NCBI RefSeq assembly: GCF_048593235.1
Contig: NC_133621.1
Location: forward strand, 302,011,146-302,075,145
Direction: 5' to 3'
Source of the DNA: Sminthopsis crassicaudata
Taxonomy: Eukaryota
DNA length: 64,000 bases
Shown here: positions 50,478-62,411 of the stretch, one piece after another
Numbering within the stretch: the first letter of the stretch is position 1
How the letters are laid out: each line of letters opens with the position of its first letter
The notes under the pieces: model-generated
Databases searched by the model: none
What the model was told of the DNA's origin: nothing
The model's input: the letters and a program-made list of their open reading frames with translations, nothing else
Made by a program: the position numbers and the translations under genes

Positions 50478-52720
50478 GGCAAAGGTTCCTAACATGGCAG
50501 CCTTACACCTGGCATGTCAAAGGATCGCTGTCCACTGGAATCCTATTTCCAGTGCCCCTTTGTCTCTACTTCACCTTTTACTAGCTAGACTTTACTTCCA
50601 AACCCCATAATAAACCTCTTTTATCAATCTAGGTTTTCAGGCCTGTAAATTCCTTTACAGGGGACTCTGCACTGTCACTGGACTATTCTTGCACCAAACC
50701 AAAAGGGTTCCCCCTTTCCTAATTCTCATCAGTTTGGCTCGGGACGCTGAGTGCAAACGAATTCCTGTATATTGACAAATAGCTCTTATGGAAGAGAGCG
50801 TTTGTTGGATCTTCCTAAGAGACATCTAGTGAAGATTGAGCTATAGAATTGGGAAGTTTTCGGGCTTGTGGCAAAGATGGGTGAGCTTCCCTCCTCCATG
50901 CCTAGAGAGTCTCCTTTAAGCTGTCTCTTAATGCAGAGACACACTGGGCTTGAGAAAAATACCTCAATCTCAAACCTGAACTCCAAATAGATTAGCTGAA
51001 TCCCTCTCCACCCACCAACTCTCTGGCAAGTCCATTCTTAAAAGCCTTTCTTTTCTCTTTCAAAGCCTGGGACTGATATTTTACCTCTGCCCTCAGTCAA
51101 TAAGCAGCAAACCAAATCACCCAGCACACTTATCTCTCTTTTAAAGCAAAAAACGTCTTCCACTCCATTGCTAACAGCTGTTGGTTTCCCTTTAACTCTC
51201 TAACCTGAGACTCAGCTCTCCTTCTCAGGGCAACTTCTGTCTCCTGAAAGAAACACTCAGAGCGGATGTGTTTTTTAATACCAATTTCTCCCAGACTCAG
51301 GCCTGTAGGTGCTATGGAAACTGTCCGAGGAGACCCCAGTCTCTGTCCTGAGTTCGAGCAGGAGGAAAACTGGAAAAACTATGTCAGCAAACACCACAGG
51401 GGCTGAACTGGCCCCCAGCGTCCTGCTCCCTGGTAGGAAATTGGGCTCTGGCCCTGTTTCCCTTTTATCCCAGGACAGTCCGGACACCTCAGGGCCGGTA
51501 AGCTGGGTAGGCAATGCTGATGCTTGGCACCCCCTCTGACTCCTTCCACCCCTCCCCCATAGGAGTGGGGAAACTAGGAGGGAAGATTCGGGATCTTTGC
51601 TTCTTGAGGAACCAACTCTCTTCTCTTAAAGAAAAGCAGCACAGTTAAAAGATTTCTAAGAGCTTAAACTGCATTCTTATCTTGACTAGAGAGACAAATT
51701 ATCTTTTGCTCTCCACATTTTCTCCTACTTCTCTTTGATAGTTAGATGGGCCATTAGCATTCTACACGCAGCCCACAGAAGGGACCTGAGGCATTTCTAG
51801 CTAAATTCCCTCATTCCCCCAAATGTCGGCCATCTGCACCCTGGATGACACCCCGCTTCTAATCTGCTCCCGAGACCTGTTTTCTCTAGGCTTCAAACTT
51901 TGGATTCTCAGCCGCCCTTCAGCCTGGAGAACATGGGACAAGTGACTGGGGACGCCTGACCGGGATACCCCTCGAGGCCCTGCTGCCACCCCCCACACCT
52001 CACGCCTCGCCTCCTGGCATGAACCCCCAAATCTCTACGACCCTTGCCAGCTTGAAGCAGTTAAGAGGAGATTGCCGCCCCTTTTGCCACATGCATTTGG
52101 AGGTGACTGCTTGAGGGGGGAAGGAAGAGGGGACCCTGCTACTCTGAAGATCTTTGGAGAAAATCTTCAACCCTGCCTCAATAAGAGACTCTGCCTCAAG
52201 TTTTTTTTTTTGTTTGTTTGTTTTTTTTCTTAAATGAATTTAACTTTTAACTGCTTAAGGGGGGAATGATGTGAGTTGTGGTCTCTTTAAGACTAGTGCT
52301 TTCCGATTGATTTATTCCTTTGATTCACAAATCCTGGTCAAAAGCACCCTTTTGAATTCCAATAGGAGATATCTGGGCTCTCCCAGCCCCCATTGGATCT
52401 GAGCCAACTTGGGCTGTCCCAGCCCCCATTCTGATGATCTGTTCAGGTTTCCCAACCCACATCTAGCAAATTCTAGCCCTGGATGAAAGTCATCGAGAAA
52501 CCAACGTGGGACTTCACCCATAGGCCCCTTTTGCTAAATCTCTCCTTATAAAAGAGCCAAGCTGGAATCATCTCTTTGCAGAGGATAGAAACATGTCAAC
52601 TCTCTGCCCACTGGAACTTCTAGTTCTGGTGCCCTCCTCTCTTTACCTAACACCTTTTACTAACTAGACTTTACTTCCAAACCCCACAATAAACCTCTTT
52701 TATCAATCTAAAAAAAAAAA
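50478..52720 (+). mobile_element. Processed (LINE-retroposed) copy of a non-coding LTR/ERV element RNA: R-U5-PBS-internal-PPT-U3-R-poly(A)
   Basis: R 50479-50631 repeated at 52578-52710; U5 ends CATCA at 50731 followed by TGG at 50735; PPT AAGGGGGGAA then TGATG at 52267; TATAAAA 52547; AATAAA 52688; A11 tail 52710-52720; TSD AATTGCTTTTA. Confidence 0.88.
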
Positions 52721-52980
52721 TTGCTTTTACATCCAGGCTCAGGAAAGTGCTTAATAATTGCTTCTTCATACATTTAGGGAGAGGGTAAGTGCTTAATAAT
52801 TGCTTTTACATGCAGCTCAGGAAAGTGCTTAATAATTGCTTCTTCATACATTCAGGCTGAGGGTAAGTGCTTAATAATTGCTTCTTCATTCATTCAGGCA
52901 GAAGTTAAGGTGTTTAATAATTGCTTTTTCATTATTCAGGCTGAAGGTAAGTGCTTAATAATTGCTTGCTCATTCATTCA
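52721..52980 (+). repeat. Same minisatellite, right arm
   Basis: Remainder of the interrupted unit plus about six units, more degenerate toward 52980. Confidence 0.92.
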
Positions 52981-53039
52981 AGGCTGGATGAAAGCTTGCT
53001 GATTGACCGTATCCAGGTTGAACTATTGGCCTGTGATTC

Positions 53040-53950
53040 TGATCCGAGGCGCTCCGAGGGCACGTGACACCGAGGGCGCTTTAGAAATGTTTGCTGACAC
53101 ACAGGCGGCAGCCAAACAATGCATGCCAAAGCGGTACCACGTGACCCCGAGGCTCCGGTCTGCGCAGGCGCACTTCGCAGAGCCTCGTCTTGGTCCATTC
53201 TCGGCTAGTGCGCGTGCGCAGAGCGTGTTCGCCTGGCGCTCGAGGAGGTGTCGGATCGCGGGCTCGGAGTGGAGAGGATGGAGGCGAGGCCGGAGCTCGC
53301 AGATGATGAGGAGGCAACGGGAGCGGCGATGCTGTTCTACGACCGGTCCCATTTCCGGCACGACCCGCGCTGGCTGCTGCCCCAGCCACCGCGCCTCTGC
53401 CTGGCTTGCACCATGGAGCTGCTGCAGTCCACGAGCCGCGTCTCGGTGCGGCCCTACTGCGCGTGCGCCTTCCCGGACCCGCGCCGTTCTATCTTTCAAT
53501 GCGCCTGCGCCCCCTTCCCCCACCATGCTACCCCTCCCCCTTCCCCTTTCGCTTTAAGCTCCCCCACCCACTGCGTCTGTGCCTCCGCCAAAAGCCCCTG
53601 CCTCCCTGCCCCAGACTAGTTTTCCTCTCGTGTGCTCCGAGCTGACGTTTGTTCGGCGCTGGGGATGTATCGATTTTGCGGTGCAGCCAGATGTGTGTGT
53701 CCGCATGTGTAGACGTGCACGCGCACACAGAACTGCTTTTTGAAGCTCAGCCTCAGGACAGGGGGATTATTGGTTATCATGCCCGCTTTACAGGCAGAGA
53801 AACTGAGGCTCCCAGAGACCGAGTTGGAATTTGAGCCCAGATATTCCCGCTTCCGGCCCACCCGGAGCCCCCCTGGATAAGGCCGCCGCGCCTCCCTTCC
53901 CTAAGGAGCCTGTGTTTCTGTGGTTTAACGCGCCATCGATGTCCCCATTA
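53040..53950 (+). promoter_or_regulatory. MEI1 CpG-island promoter with E-boxes and NRF1-type sites
   Basis: CACGTGAC at 53061 and 53138; TGCGCAGGCGCA at 53161-53172; TGCGCGTGCGCA at 53209-53220; CpG-rich. Confidence 0.7.
53278..53445 (+). CDS. MEI1: MEI1 exon 1
   Basis: [56 protein letters not shown]; donor GTGCGG. Confidence 0.9.
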
Positions 53951-56900
53951 GTGGCTGGGGCGGGCTCGGCACCAAGGGCTTCCTAGTTTCGTTCGCTGTT
54001 GTCGGGTCATGTCTGACTTTTCAGGCCCCGTTGGGAATTTCCGTGGCAGAGAGCGTTTGCCAGGCCCTTCTGCGCCCATTACACAGATGGGGGACTGAGG
54101 CAGGCGGGGTTAAGTGACTCATCCGGGATCACTCGGGGGTGTGAGGCTGGATTAGAACTCGGGCCTCGGGCGGGCGGGGCTGCCCCGTGCGGGGGTGTTG
54201 GGGAGCTCGGCCTGACTTTTACGCTTGTGGCCACAAGGTGTTACTGCTGCTCCACGCTGTCCCGCCCGGCTGGGGCTTGCTTTTGTGCCGTGCCCTTGGG
54301 CTCTTGGAATTTAGAATCAGAGAAGCTGGCGCAGAAAAACTGGCAAGGGACTTTTCCCTGGGGGCCGGGGGTAGCTTCCGGGGAATTGGATGGAAAAAAG
54401 TTGTATCTGTCTGTTCGGTAGCGGTTGATTTCCTTTATGGTCTTGTGTGTTTTATGCATTTAACCACACGATTCTGAGCAGTCTCAGCCCGGGCTTCCCC
54501 AGGTGGAGGGCCATGGGGCCCAGGGCGGATTTCCGAGGGGGTCAGGCGGGCGGGAGCCGCCCCTGATCTGGGCTCTGGGCACCTCCCGTCACACCAAGAC
54601 GGGACGGCGGCTTTACATGCAGGCCCAGGAAAGAGCCTGATGATGGCCTAAAACGAGGCCTCGTCTCCTGGATGTCAGGCCCACGGATGGCTGCTTGTGC
54701 GTCCCCCAAAGGCCCCAGATAAGCCCTAAGTCAGCTCGCGCCTGCTACAAGACGCTGGGGCAGGGAGAGGCAGTGAGGTGAGGGGCCCTGCAGGAGGCCC
54801 CGGCCTCCCATACACGCCCAGAAGGCGCTTGGCCCCTCCTATCGAGTGTCTGAGAAGCACCAGGGCCTTTGGTGAGGGGAATCCCAGGGCGAAAGCTGCC
54901 CCTCAGTAGGGGCTGGTCCCGGGGCTGCCCCTCTGTGCCATCCGAGATGCGGCCGAGGAGCCGGCCAGGTGGGGCTGCTCGGCCAAAAAACGCTGTTTTC
55001 TTTTTCCTCTTCAAGCTGGTGCGCAAGAAGCACATGCTCGTCTGCTTCCACGATGCCCTCACGAAGCACGGCGCCTCGGTCACGCAGCTCTTGGCTCAGA
55101 ACGAGACCGTCTGCACCCGCCTCATAAGCATCCTTTTCGGTGAGCAGCGGCGTTTCCCCGGGAGAACTGGGGTCCTCAGGAATTGTGGTCGGTCACTGAA
55201 TTGACAGAGATCTGAAATCCTTCAGTTGTGTCTGTCTGTATGATGCTGTGATTATGTGAGTTGTTCTGCTCTGCTTAAGTCAGTCAGCAAGAGTTCATGC
55301 AGGTGCCACCAGATCTCTCCGAACCCTTCCCTTTCACCATTCCTTAAACTTTCCCCTTTATCAGAAGTCCTGTCTTGCCAAAACGAGATTACTCCTGTCA
55401 TCTGCTTCCCTCTCTCCTACTCCCGTGCAGCAGAACGGAGCTGGAGGAAGCCATGACACTAACGGATCCGTGCTGGCTGATCTCCCCATGGCTGCTGTTC
55501 CGAGAAGCCTGCTGCTCCCTGACGGGGTCTCCGAACCCCAGGGGGCGATTCCAGACTTCCTCTTCTCTGCTCCTCTTCTCACAGCGCTCTTACTCCCAAC
55601 TTGTCAGCTCGGGGCCTCGCGCTATATTTCAAAAAAGAATAAGGCCACTTGTTGGGAATGTCCTTTTGTGTTCATCTTGCATCTCTCTGACTGTGTCCTC
55701 CAGTCTTTGATAGAGGGGTAGTCCTCCTCCTGCTAAGGCTAACCCTCTACAAGAACTTTAGAGCCCGCTGTCCTCCCCACTCTCTAGTATCACCTACTCC
55801 CTGTGGCCTCCCCCTTCCTCCTTCCTGAAAACCTTCATTTAGACCCTCTCCACTCACTGCCATCCTCCCTTTCCTTTCCTTTCCTATCCGCGGAACTCCT
55901 CGAAAGGCTTTTAATTTGACTTCTGACTTTATTCTTCAACAATCTGGCCCCTCCAAATTTACCAACAATTTCTCAATTGCTCAGTCTCCCATTATTTTCC
56001 TGAATGTCGTCCTCGGTGACTTTTGGCTCCCTTTAACATTAAGTTAATTCCTCTCTCTCTCTAGATCTAATGTCTTTTATTCTTTGGCCCTCTTCCCCAC
56101 TGTCTCTGCCCTGGAACTTCCTCAGAGTCAAAGCTTGGTCACCTTGGAACATCCTTCTTTGCCTCCAGCCTGTGCACCATAGGATAGCCCTCTATCTTGA
56201 ATCCTCTGTATTGAAATGGGGTGGTGATGCCATTGACAGAAATAAGGAAATTTGGAGAATAATAAGTTTAGGGGTAAGATGGGTTATTTTTGGACATGTT
56301 GAGCATAGAATTACAGATGTGAGCCAGAAAAGGCCTTGGAGGCATCAAGACCAACCCCCTCCTTCCATAGATGAGGAAACTAGGGTAGAGAGGGTTTGGG
56401 ACCTGGCCACAGTCACACAGTAGGGAGCTTACTTTGACCTCTTTGTCCTTTTCCTGCTTAAACCCAGGAGAGCAAGGAGGGGGCTTAGCGACACTGTATG
56501 GCACTCCCCATGCCTGCTTTTCCCCCTTCCTGAGAATACGGGCTCTCTATTCGAGACGGGGCTTCGTTAAAAGGCTGGATCCGAGGTATTGAATGAGGAG
56601 TGAGCCTCTAGGGAGAGGTTTGAGTCCCTGTTGTGGACTCTTTGCTGAGGGTGCAGTTATTCTTGCCTTTCACAATGTGTCCTTGGGCTTTGTTCTCTCC
56701 CCAGGGCTTCTGCGTAACATAGAGAATGCCAACATACTGGAGCTCTCCATGGAAGGTGAGACCTCGTCTCGTACACATCTGTCTCCATCAAAGCCGTCAC
56801 TCACTGCCCGCCTCCCTTTGCTGGAACATAGTCAAGAACAAAAGCCAGGCACTAAAGTCTGTGCTCGTACTCTGCTGAGAAGATGGTCCCTTGGGCCTCT

Positions 56901-58589
56901 GCAGCGACTCTTTCCTAACATTACACACATTTTAATTGTTATTGACATCTTTTTTCTCAACATCTCCTTCGTCTCTACCGTGTCCTACCCCTTGGCGAGC
57001 CAGCCTTCGTAGAAAGGAAGGAAAGGTTGTTGAGCAAAGCTAACCAGTAGAGCCATTGAAGTGGACAGACAGTACAGCCATAGCCCATGATCTCTGCAGA
57101 CAAGGGAGGGAGGCGCATTTTCTCATCTCTTCCTCAGAGCCAAGCTGGATCATCAGATAGGGTTCCATTTAGAGTTTTTGTCATAGTCGCTTTTCTTTCC
57201 ATTTACATTTTTTGTGGCCCTTGTATGTTGTTTTACCATCTTTTCTTTGTATCAGTTCCTATAAAAGTCTCCTCGTGCTTCTCTGCTTTACTGCATTTAG
57301 CCCACCTGGTTCTGTGTTTTTTTAATCCCACCCCGGAGGCTTGAGCTGGAAGGGGCGGAGAGGGCATGCTCTGAGCAGGTACTGTGGCTTCATTCAGAAG
57401 GAACAACTGATAGTCTGAAAGTGAGGAGGAGACAGGAAAAGTATCAGAAGAATTCAGAACCTCTGGGGGAGCATGAATGCCACGTAGGTCGTGAGGGTAT
57501 CACTGCATTATTTTACTGCAGGATAACCAGTGTTCACAATGATGATCCCTTGCCATTGAGAAAAAAGTATAGCTGAAGGTTTACTCCCCTGCCTGAGTTG
57601 TTTAAGGGAAGGCCATAGAGCTTAGTAAAATTGGGAGTCCGGGATTGAACCTCCCCCTACCAGCTGCTATTCACTACTTGTGTGCACCTCAGATTCCCCA
57701 CCTGCCACATGGGGTGGGACCCCAGCTTAGACGAAAGTCATAATTTGACTAGAAATAAAAAGGTTGGTAGGTCCTGCCTCCCGCTAAGGGCCAGAACAGG
57801 GATGAGAGCTGCCTCTGGTGTTTCCTGTCACCTCACTCTTCTCAGACCTCATCTAGTGCATTCCTCTTTCACTCACTTGATTTGTTGAGATTTTCCCTAT
57901 TTCTCTCCCCAACCATTCTGTTCCCCCCTTCCCTCCATTAGAAGATAAGTTCCTTGAGGGAAAAGACCATGTCCCATGATCTATCTTTGTCTCTCCCCCA
58001 GTGAATGTATCAGGTGTTTGGTTAATTTAATTCTTTCTTCTTAGTCCTTATTCAGCTTATTGTGCAACTGAAGCTGAGACCGTTCGTCCACTGTTTGCTA
58101 GAAGAGTGCCAGAAAGAGGTCAGTGATATGCAATTTTCCTCCTCGCTTCAAGCAGCTGCTGAAAATCAGCTTCTAGATCACAGACACGGCTCAGCCTTTA
58201 TCTCCTGCCATCTGCCTGCTGGCCTCCTTCTCTCTTCTGGTACCACCTGTGGTGCCACCTTTTGCAGAAGGCCTACCTTGATGTGCTCACCTTTCTCACC
58301 TTTTCTCCAGCCTTCACACGCTCTAACTTGTGCTGCAATTCTCAGGGTTCCCATCTGCCCGACCCTGGCAGGTGAGATCTTTCACGTTAGGAATTGGGCT
58401 GGTTTCAATCTTGGTGTGCCTACGACCTGGCACTCTGCCCTTCCCATAGTGGATGCTTAACAAATGCTGGTTGAATTGAATGTAACTAAACTGTCAGTCC
58501 ATGGTTTTGTTGTATTACCCACATGAGCCCTGGACAGTTCTCTATGTTAGTCTTATTTGCATTAAATGCTTGACTGCTAAAAGATAGTG

Positions 58590-58642
<53 letters not shown>

Positions 58643-61600
58643 CGCTTAGTTCAATTAGGAATATAATAGGTGGGTGAGCTTCCTGGCCTTACAAGGTGAG
58701 CTAGGCAGGTCTCTATGGTCTTTTCATTTCCATCTTTCAGCTCATCAGGGCTTAAATCTGTGTACCTCCTCCAGGTGCAGTTTGCTTTCAGTGCAGCTGG
58801 TAGTACCTGTGAAATGTTCTTCTCACTGCTTGGGCAGGGTGTAAACCTGGCAATTTGGTACAGTTTCCTCCTTTGGGATTGGTTTTACTAATGGGATGGT
58901 TTATCTTTCTTAATTTCAGCTTTCTACTCTGTAAAGTGGAGATAAGGATCCTTTTTAAAATAGCATTTTATTTTTCCAAATACATGCAAAGATAGTTTTC
59001 AACTTTCATTTTTATAAAACTTTGTGTTCCAAATTTTTCTTCCTCCATCCCTTCCCTCTTCCCTCACTGAGTCAGTAAGCAATCTGATATGTGTTACAAA
59101 ATGTACAGTTCTTAAACATTTCCACATTTTTTGGTTTTTTAATATTTATATGTACACATATAGATATATACATACACACACATACACACAGACATCCCCT
59201 CCCATATAAACATATCCATTCATACCCACTCACAGACCCACACAATATACATATATCTATATACACAGAGCAACATATATACATATCTATATATACTCAG
59301 ACATGTATATATACACATTTGTATACATATGTAAACATGCATGTAAAACAATATTACTGTGGCTGTCGTATAATGTAGATTTCTCTCTTGATTGAATCTT
59401 AAGTTTGAGTTTGTCTAAAATCAGTGATTACCAAGCCCTATTTTTCCCTAGTAAATTTTACTCCAGATTTTTGTTGTAATGTTTGTGTATATCTCTTCTT
59501 TCCCATCCCTGCTAACTCTTCTGCTTTAATTCTGCTCCTTAACTTACCTAGCTATTGCTTAACCTCTCCCACCCATGGATCCCTCTCTTGTCTTCTTTTC
59601 TTACCCTTTACTTTCCCCTCTGCCTATCTCTTCCCCTCTTATTTCTTTATAGATATTTGGAGAGCGTTTTATCTTCCATTATATATAGTTACTTATTTAA
59701 CCTGTTCCCGATGTGATTAGGTTTTCAGAACTGAGCCCTCCTCCCCCCTCTAATTACTCTGTGTCTATTCTTCCTCTGTACTTCATTTGTATAATTACTA
59801 TTTTTAGCTTTTCCCAGGCGCTTTTCCTTTTTTAAAGTCAGATCATTTTGCAGCCAATCTTTCTTTTAAGCTACCCTGTTGCTAATGTCATTTGCCTTGT
59901 AAAAAATATAAATAATAATTTCCATTGACCAATAATATTCCATGACGATCACAAACCACAATTTATTTAGCCATTGTAGGGACTTTCTTGGATCTTCTTG
60001 GGTTGTGCCAGGAGGACCCCTGATCTGCCCCCAAGTCTTCTTGATTTTTCAATATCTCTGAGGCACAGTTTTGTTCTGTGGGGCATGTCTGGAGAGCCTG
60101 AAATTTTCTGACCTACTCTGCCATTTGCTCAGAAACTTCCTTCCATATTTCCATATTTATCATGTTATGCAAGAAAAATCATATCAAAAGGGGAAAAGAA
60201 CATGAGAAAAACAAAAAAAAAAAAATCAAGCAAACAAACAACAGTAACAACAAAAGTGAAAATACTCTGCTTTGAACCACATTCAGTCTCCATAATTCTC
60301 TATCTGGACACAGATGATATTTTCCAGAGGATAAGAGTCCTTGCCCACCCTCTGTCCTTTATAGGATTGTTGTGAGAAAAGTGTTTTTATCTAGCAATAA
60401 AGTACTAAAGAAAAGAGACTTTTTGCAATTACTTTCTTCACAGCTTTCTAACATGCCCACCATGAGGGACAGCCTGGCCACAATGACCCTCCTGGGCAAA
60501 ATGGTGGATGTCATCCCTTCCCTTGCTGAGATTCTCGTGACAGAACATGGTGAGTGCTGACCAGTCGGCTCCTCTCCCTGCTTTTCATGAAGCTTCTACT
60601 TCTCCATTATTTTCTGTTCCCACAGGACTCAATATGCCTTTATCTTCTGAACCTCAGTTATCTTATCTCTTAAATGGGTCATAAATCCTAAACTATTCAC
60701 TTTATTGGAATATTTATTGGAATATTGGAAGCCTGAAATGCATCAGAAATGGGAGCCTTTGTTCGCATTATTTTACTCTGGTTCCTGTTTGTATGGTTTT
60801 GACAAGTGGTTGTATGATTTTTACACGCCCCTTTCTTTTTTTCTTCTTCTTCATTAAACTGCAGACACCATGAAGGGAGGGGCAGACAGTGGTGGTAAAG
60901 TGGGAAATCTTCCAATAAGGGGCCTCAGAGTCAGTAAACATTGGTTAAAGTCTCCTCTCCGTTGCTTCCTGGCTCAGGCAAAATCATTGGTCTTCAGCCT
61001 CTCTTTCCTCCTCTCTAGAAATTGGGGGGTTGGGCCAGATTCAGGTAGCTCCTCTCTCTGAAGCTGGTTCTTCTACATCTTGACCCCAGGTCTTCTAACT
61101 CCCACCTCAGTGTTCTTTCCACCAATTTTCCTTCCGAGATTTTGAATAACAGTTGTTTCCTCATCTGTAAAATGGGAATAATAATAATATTCATCTTGCC
61201 TCCTTAGTAGGGCAGTTGTAAAAATAGAACTGGACAAATGTTAGATAAAAGAATGATGATGTGTTGGGTTTGGGGGTTCTGAATGACGATCACTCTTGCC
61301 AACATCCATGGTTCCTTTTGCTGTTTCCCTGGGTAGGTGGCCTCCTCGAGCATCAGCTGAAGGGTCTGATGTACCCCAATGAGGCAGTGAAGGCCTCAAT
61401 CTGCTACCTGTATGGGAAGCTGTATTCCTCTCCCAGTGTCGCAGAGAAACTGTCGGGCCATTTCAGGGAGAAGCTGTGTTCCCTCTTCCTTACTACATTG
61501 GACAACGCCCAGACAAAGGAGCTGCAGATTAACTGCATGGGTGAGAGGAAGAAGCAGAGGAGGCCTTTTTCTTTAGAACTTCTGTCAGCTGCACACAGGA

Positions 61601-62411
61601 CTTTGTAGGGCAAATTAATTGGCCCCAGAGGAGATTTCCTTGTATGCCATCCAGATTTCTTATCCTGTATTGGAGGTAATCTGGGCCTTTGAAGACAATG
61701 ACAGAGAAGTTTAAGCTCTGTGAGGTCCTTTTGAGGTAGAAAAGCTTCTTATAAGCCTGGTATCTGTCGCCGGGGACCATCCTTGCTTAGCTGGGAGAGA
61801 CTCACCATAAGACTGGGCATCAGCAGCTGCCCAAGAAACACCTTGTAAAGTTGAGGTGACTTCTTTTTAAGTGGTGGGGATGACCACAGTAATGAAATCT
61901 TGATGTACAAGAGGGGGTTCCAAAGAAGGAAAAGATCTGGAGTAACTACCACCTTTCTTACCTAATGGTCAGCTGTTAATTCCATTGGTGGGACATGGTG
62001 GCCCCTAGTTCTGTGCCTTGAACATGGTAGGCACTTTGTTGAATTGAACTGAGAGTGAGACGACCACTTGGGGATTTATTCTCATACTGAAGGCTAAGGG
62101 AGACTCATTCATCCATCCATTCATTCAGAAGTTTACGAAGCACTGTCCTGAGTGCCCTGGGATAGAAGGCCACACAAGTTTTCCTGTAGGGGAAGATTCT
62201 GGGGGTTTTGATAGCCAAACTCTGTGCTTATCTTCTCAAGCTGATGCTTGAGGAGGTTTTTTTCTTCTTTATTTTCACAGGTTTACTGAGACAACTACTG
62301 AAATACGACCTCTTTGTATCAATTTTAATGAGCAAATCAGGGGTGGCAGGGATTTCTGAAAATGCTGAAGTCCCACAAGAGGAAAGTACTCTGCCCTTAG
62401 TGCTTAAAAAG
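53278..62411 (+). CDS. MEI1: Meiotic double-strand break formation protein 1, exons 1-7 (partial): join(53278-53445,55016-55139,56705-56755,58045-58118,60444-60549,61337-61540,62281-62411)
   Basis: Translation matches recalled human MEI1: [79 protein letters not shown]. Phases are consistent. Start codon chosen for strong Kozak context (AGGATGG). Confidence 0.96.
55016..55139 (+). CDS. MEI1: MEI1 exon 2
   Basis: [41 protein letters not shown]; 124 nt; AAG acceptor. Confidence 0.95.
56705..56755 (+). CDS. MEI1: MEI1 exon 3
   Basis: [17 protein letters not shown]; 51 nt; AG/GT. Confidence 0.88.
58045..58118 (+). CDS. MEI1: MEI1 exon 4
   Basis: [25 protein letters not shown]; 74 nt; AG/GT. 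Confidence 0.92.
58592..58640. repeat. (GT)n microsatellite
   Basis: About 24 dinucleotide units. Confidence 0.95.
60444..60549 (+). CDS. MEI1: MEI1 exon 5
   Basis: [35 protein letters not shown]; 106 nt; AG/GT. Confidence 0.95.
61337..61540 (+). CDS. MEI1: MEI1 exon 6
   Basis: [32 protein letters not shown]...[11 protein letters not shown]; 204 nt; AG/GT. Confidence 0.96.
62281..62411 (+). CDS. MEI1: MEI1 exon 7
   Basis: [16 protein letters not shown]...STLPLVLKK; 131 nt; AG/GT. Confidence 0.96.

Noticed and set aside
50732-52266. gag/pol/env coding remnant inside the LTR element (e.g. ATGGGACAAGTG, MGQV)
   Set aside because: The reading frames close within a few codons and no retroviral protein motifs are recognisable.
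50093-52980. CRISPR-like look (constant AAGTGCTTAATAAT plus variable segments)
   Set aside because: The variable parts are homologous to each other rather than unique spacers, the host is mammalian and there are no cas genes. It is a minisatellite.
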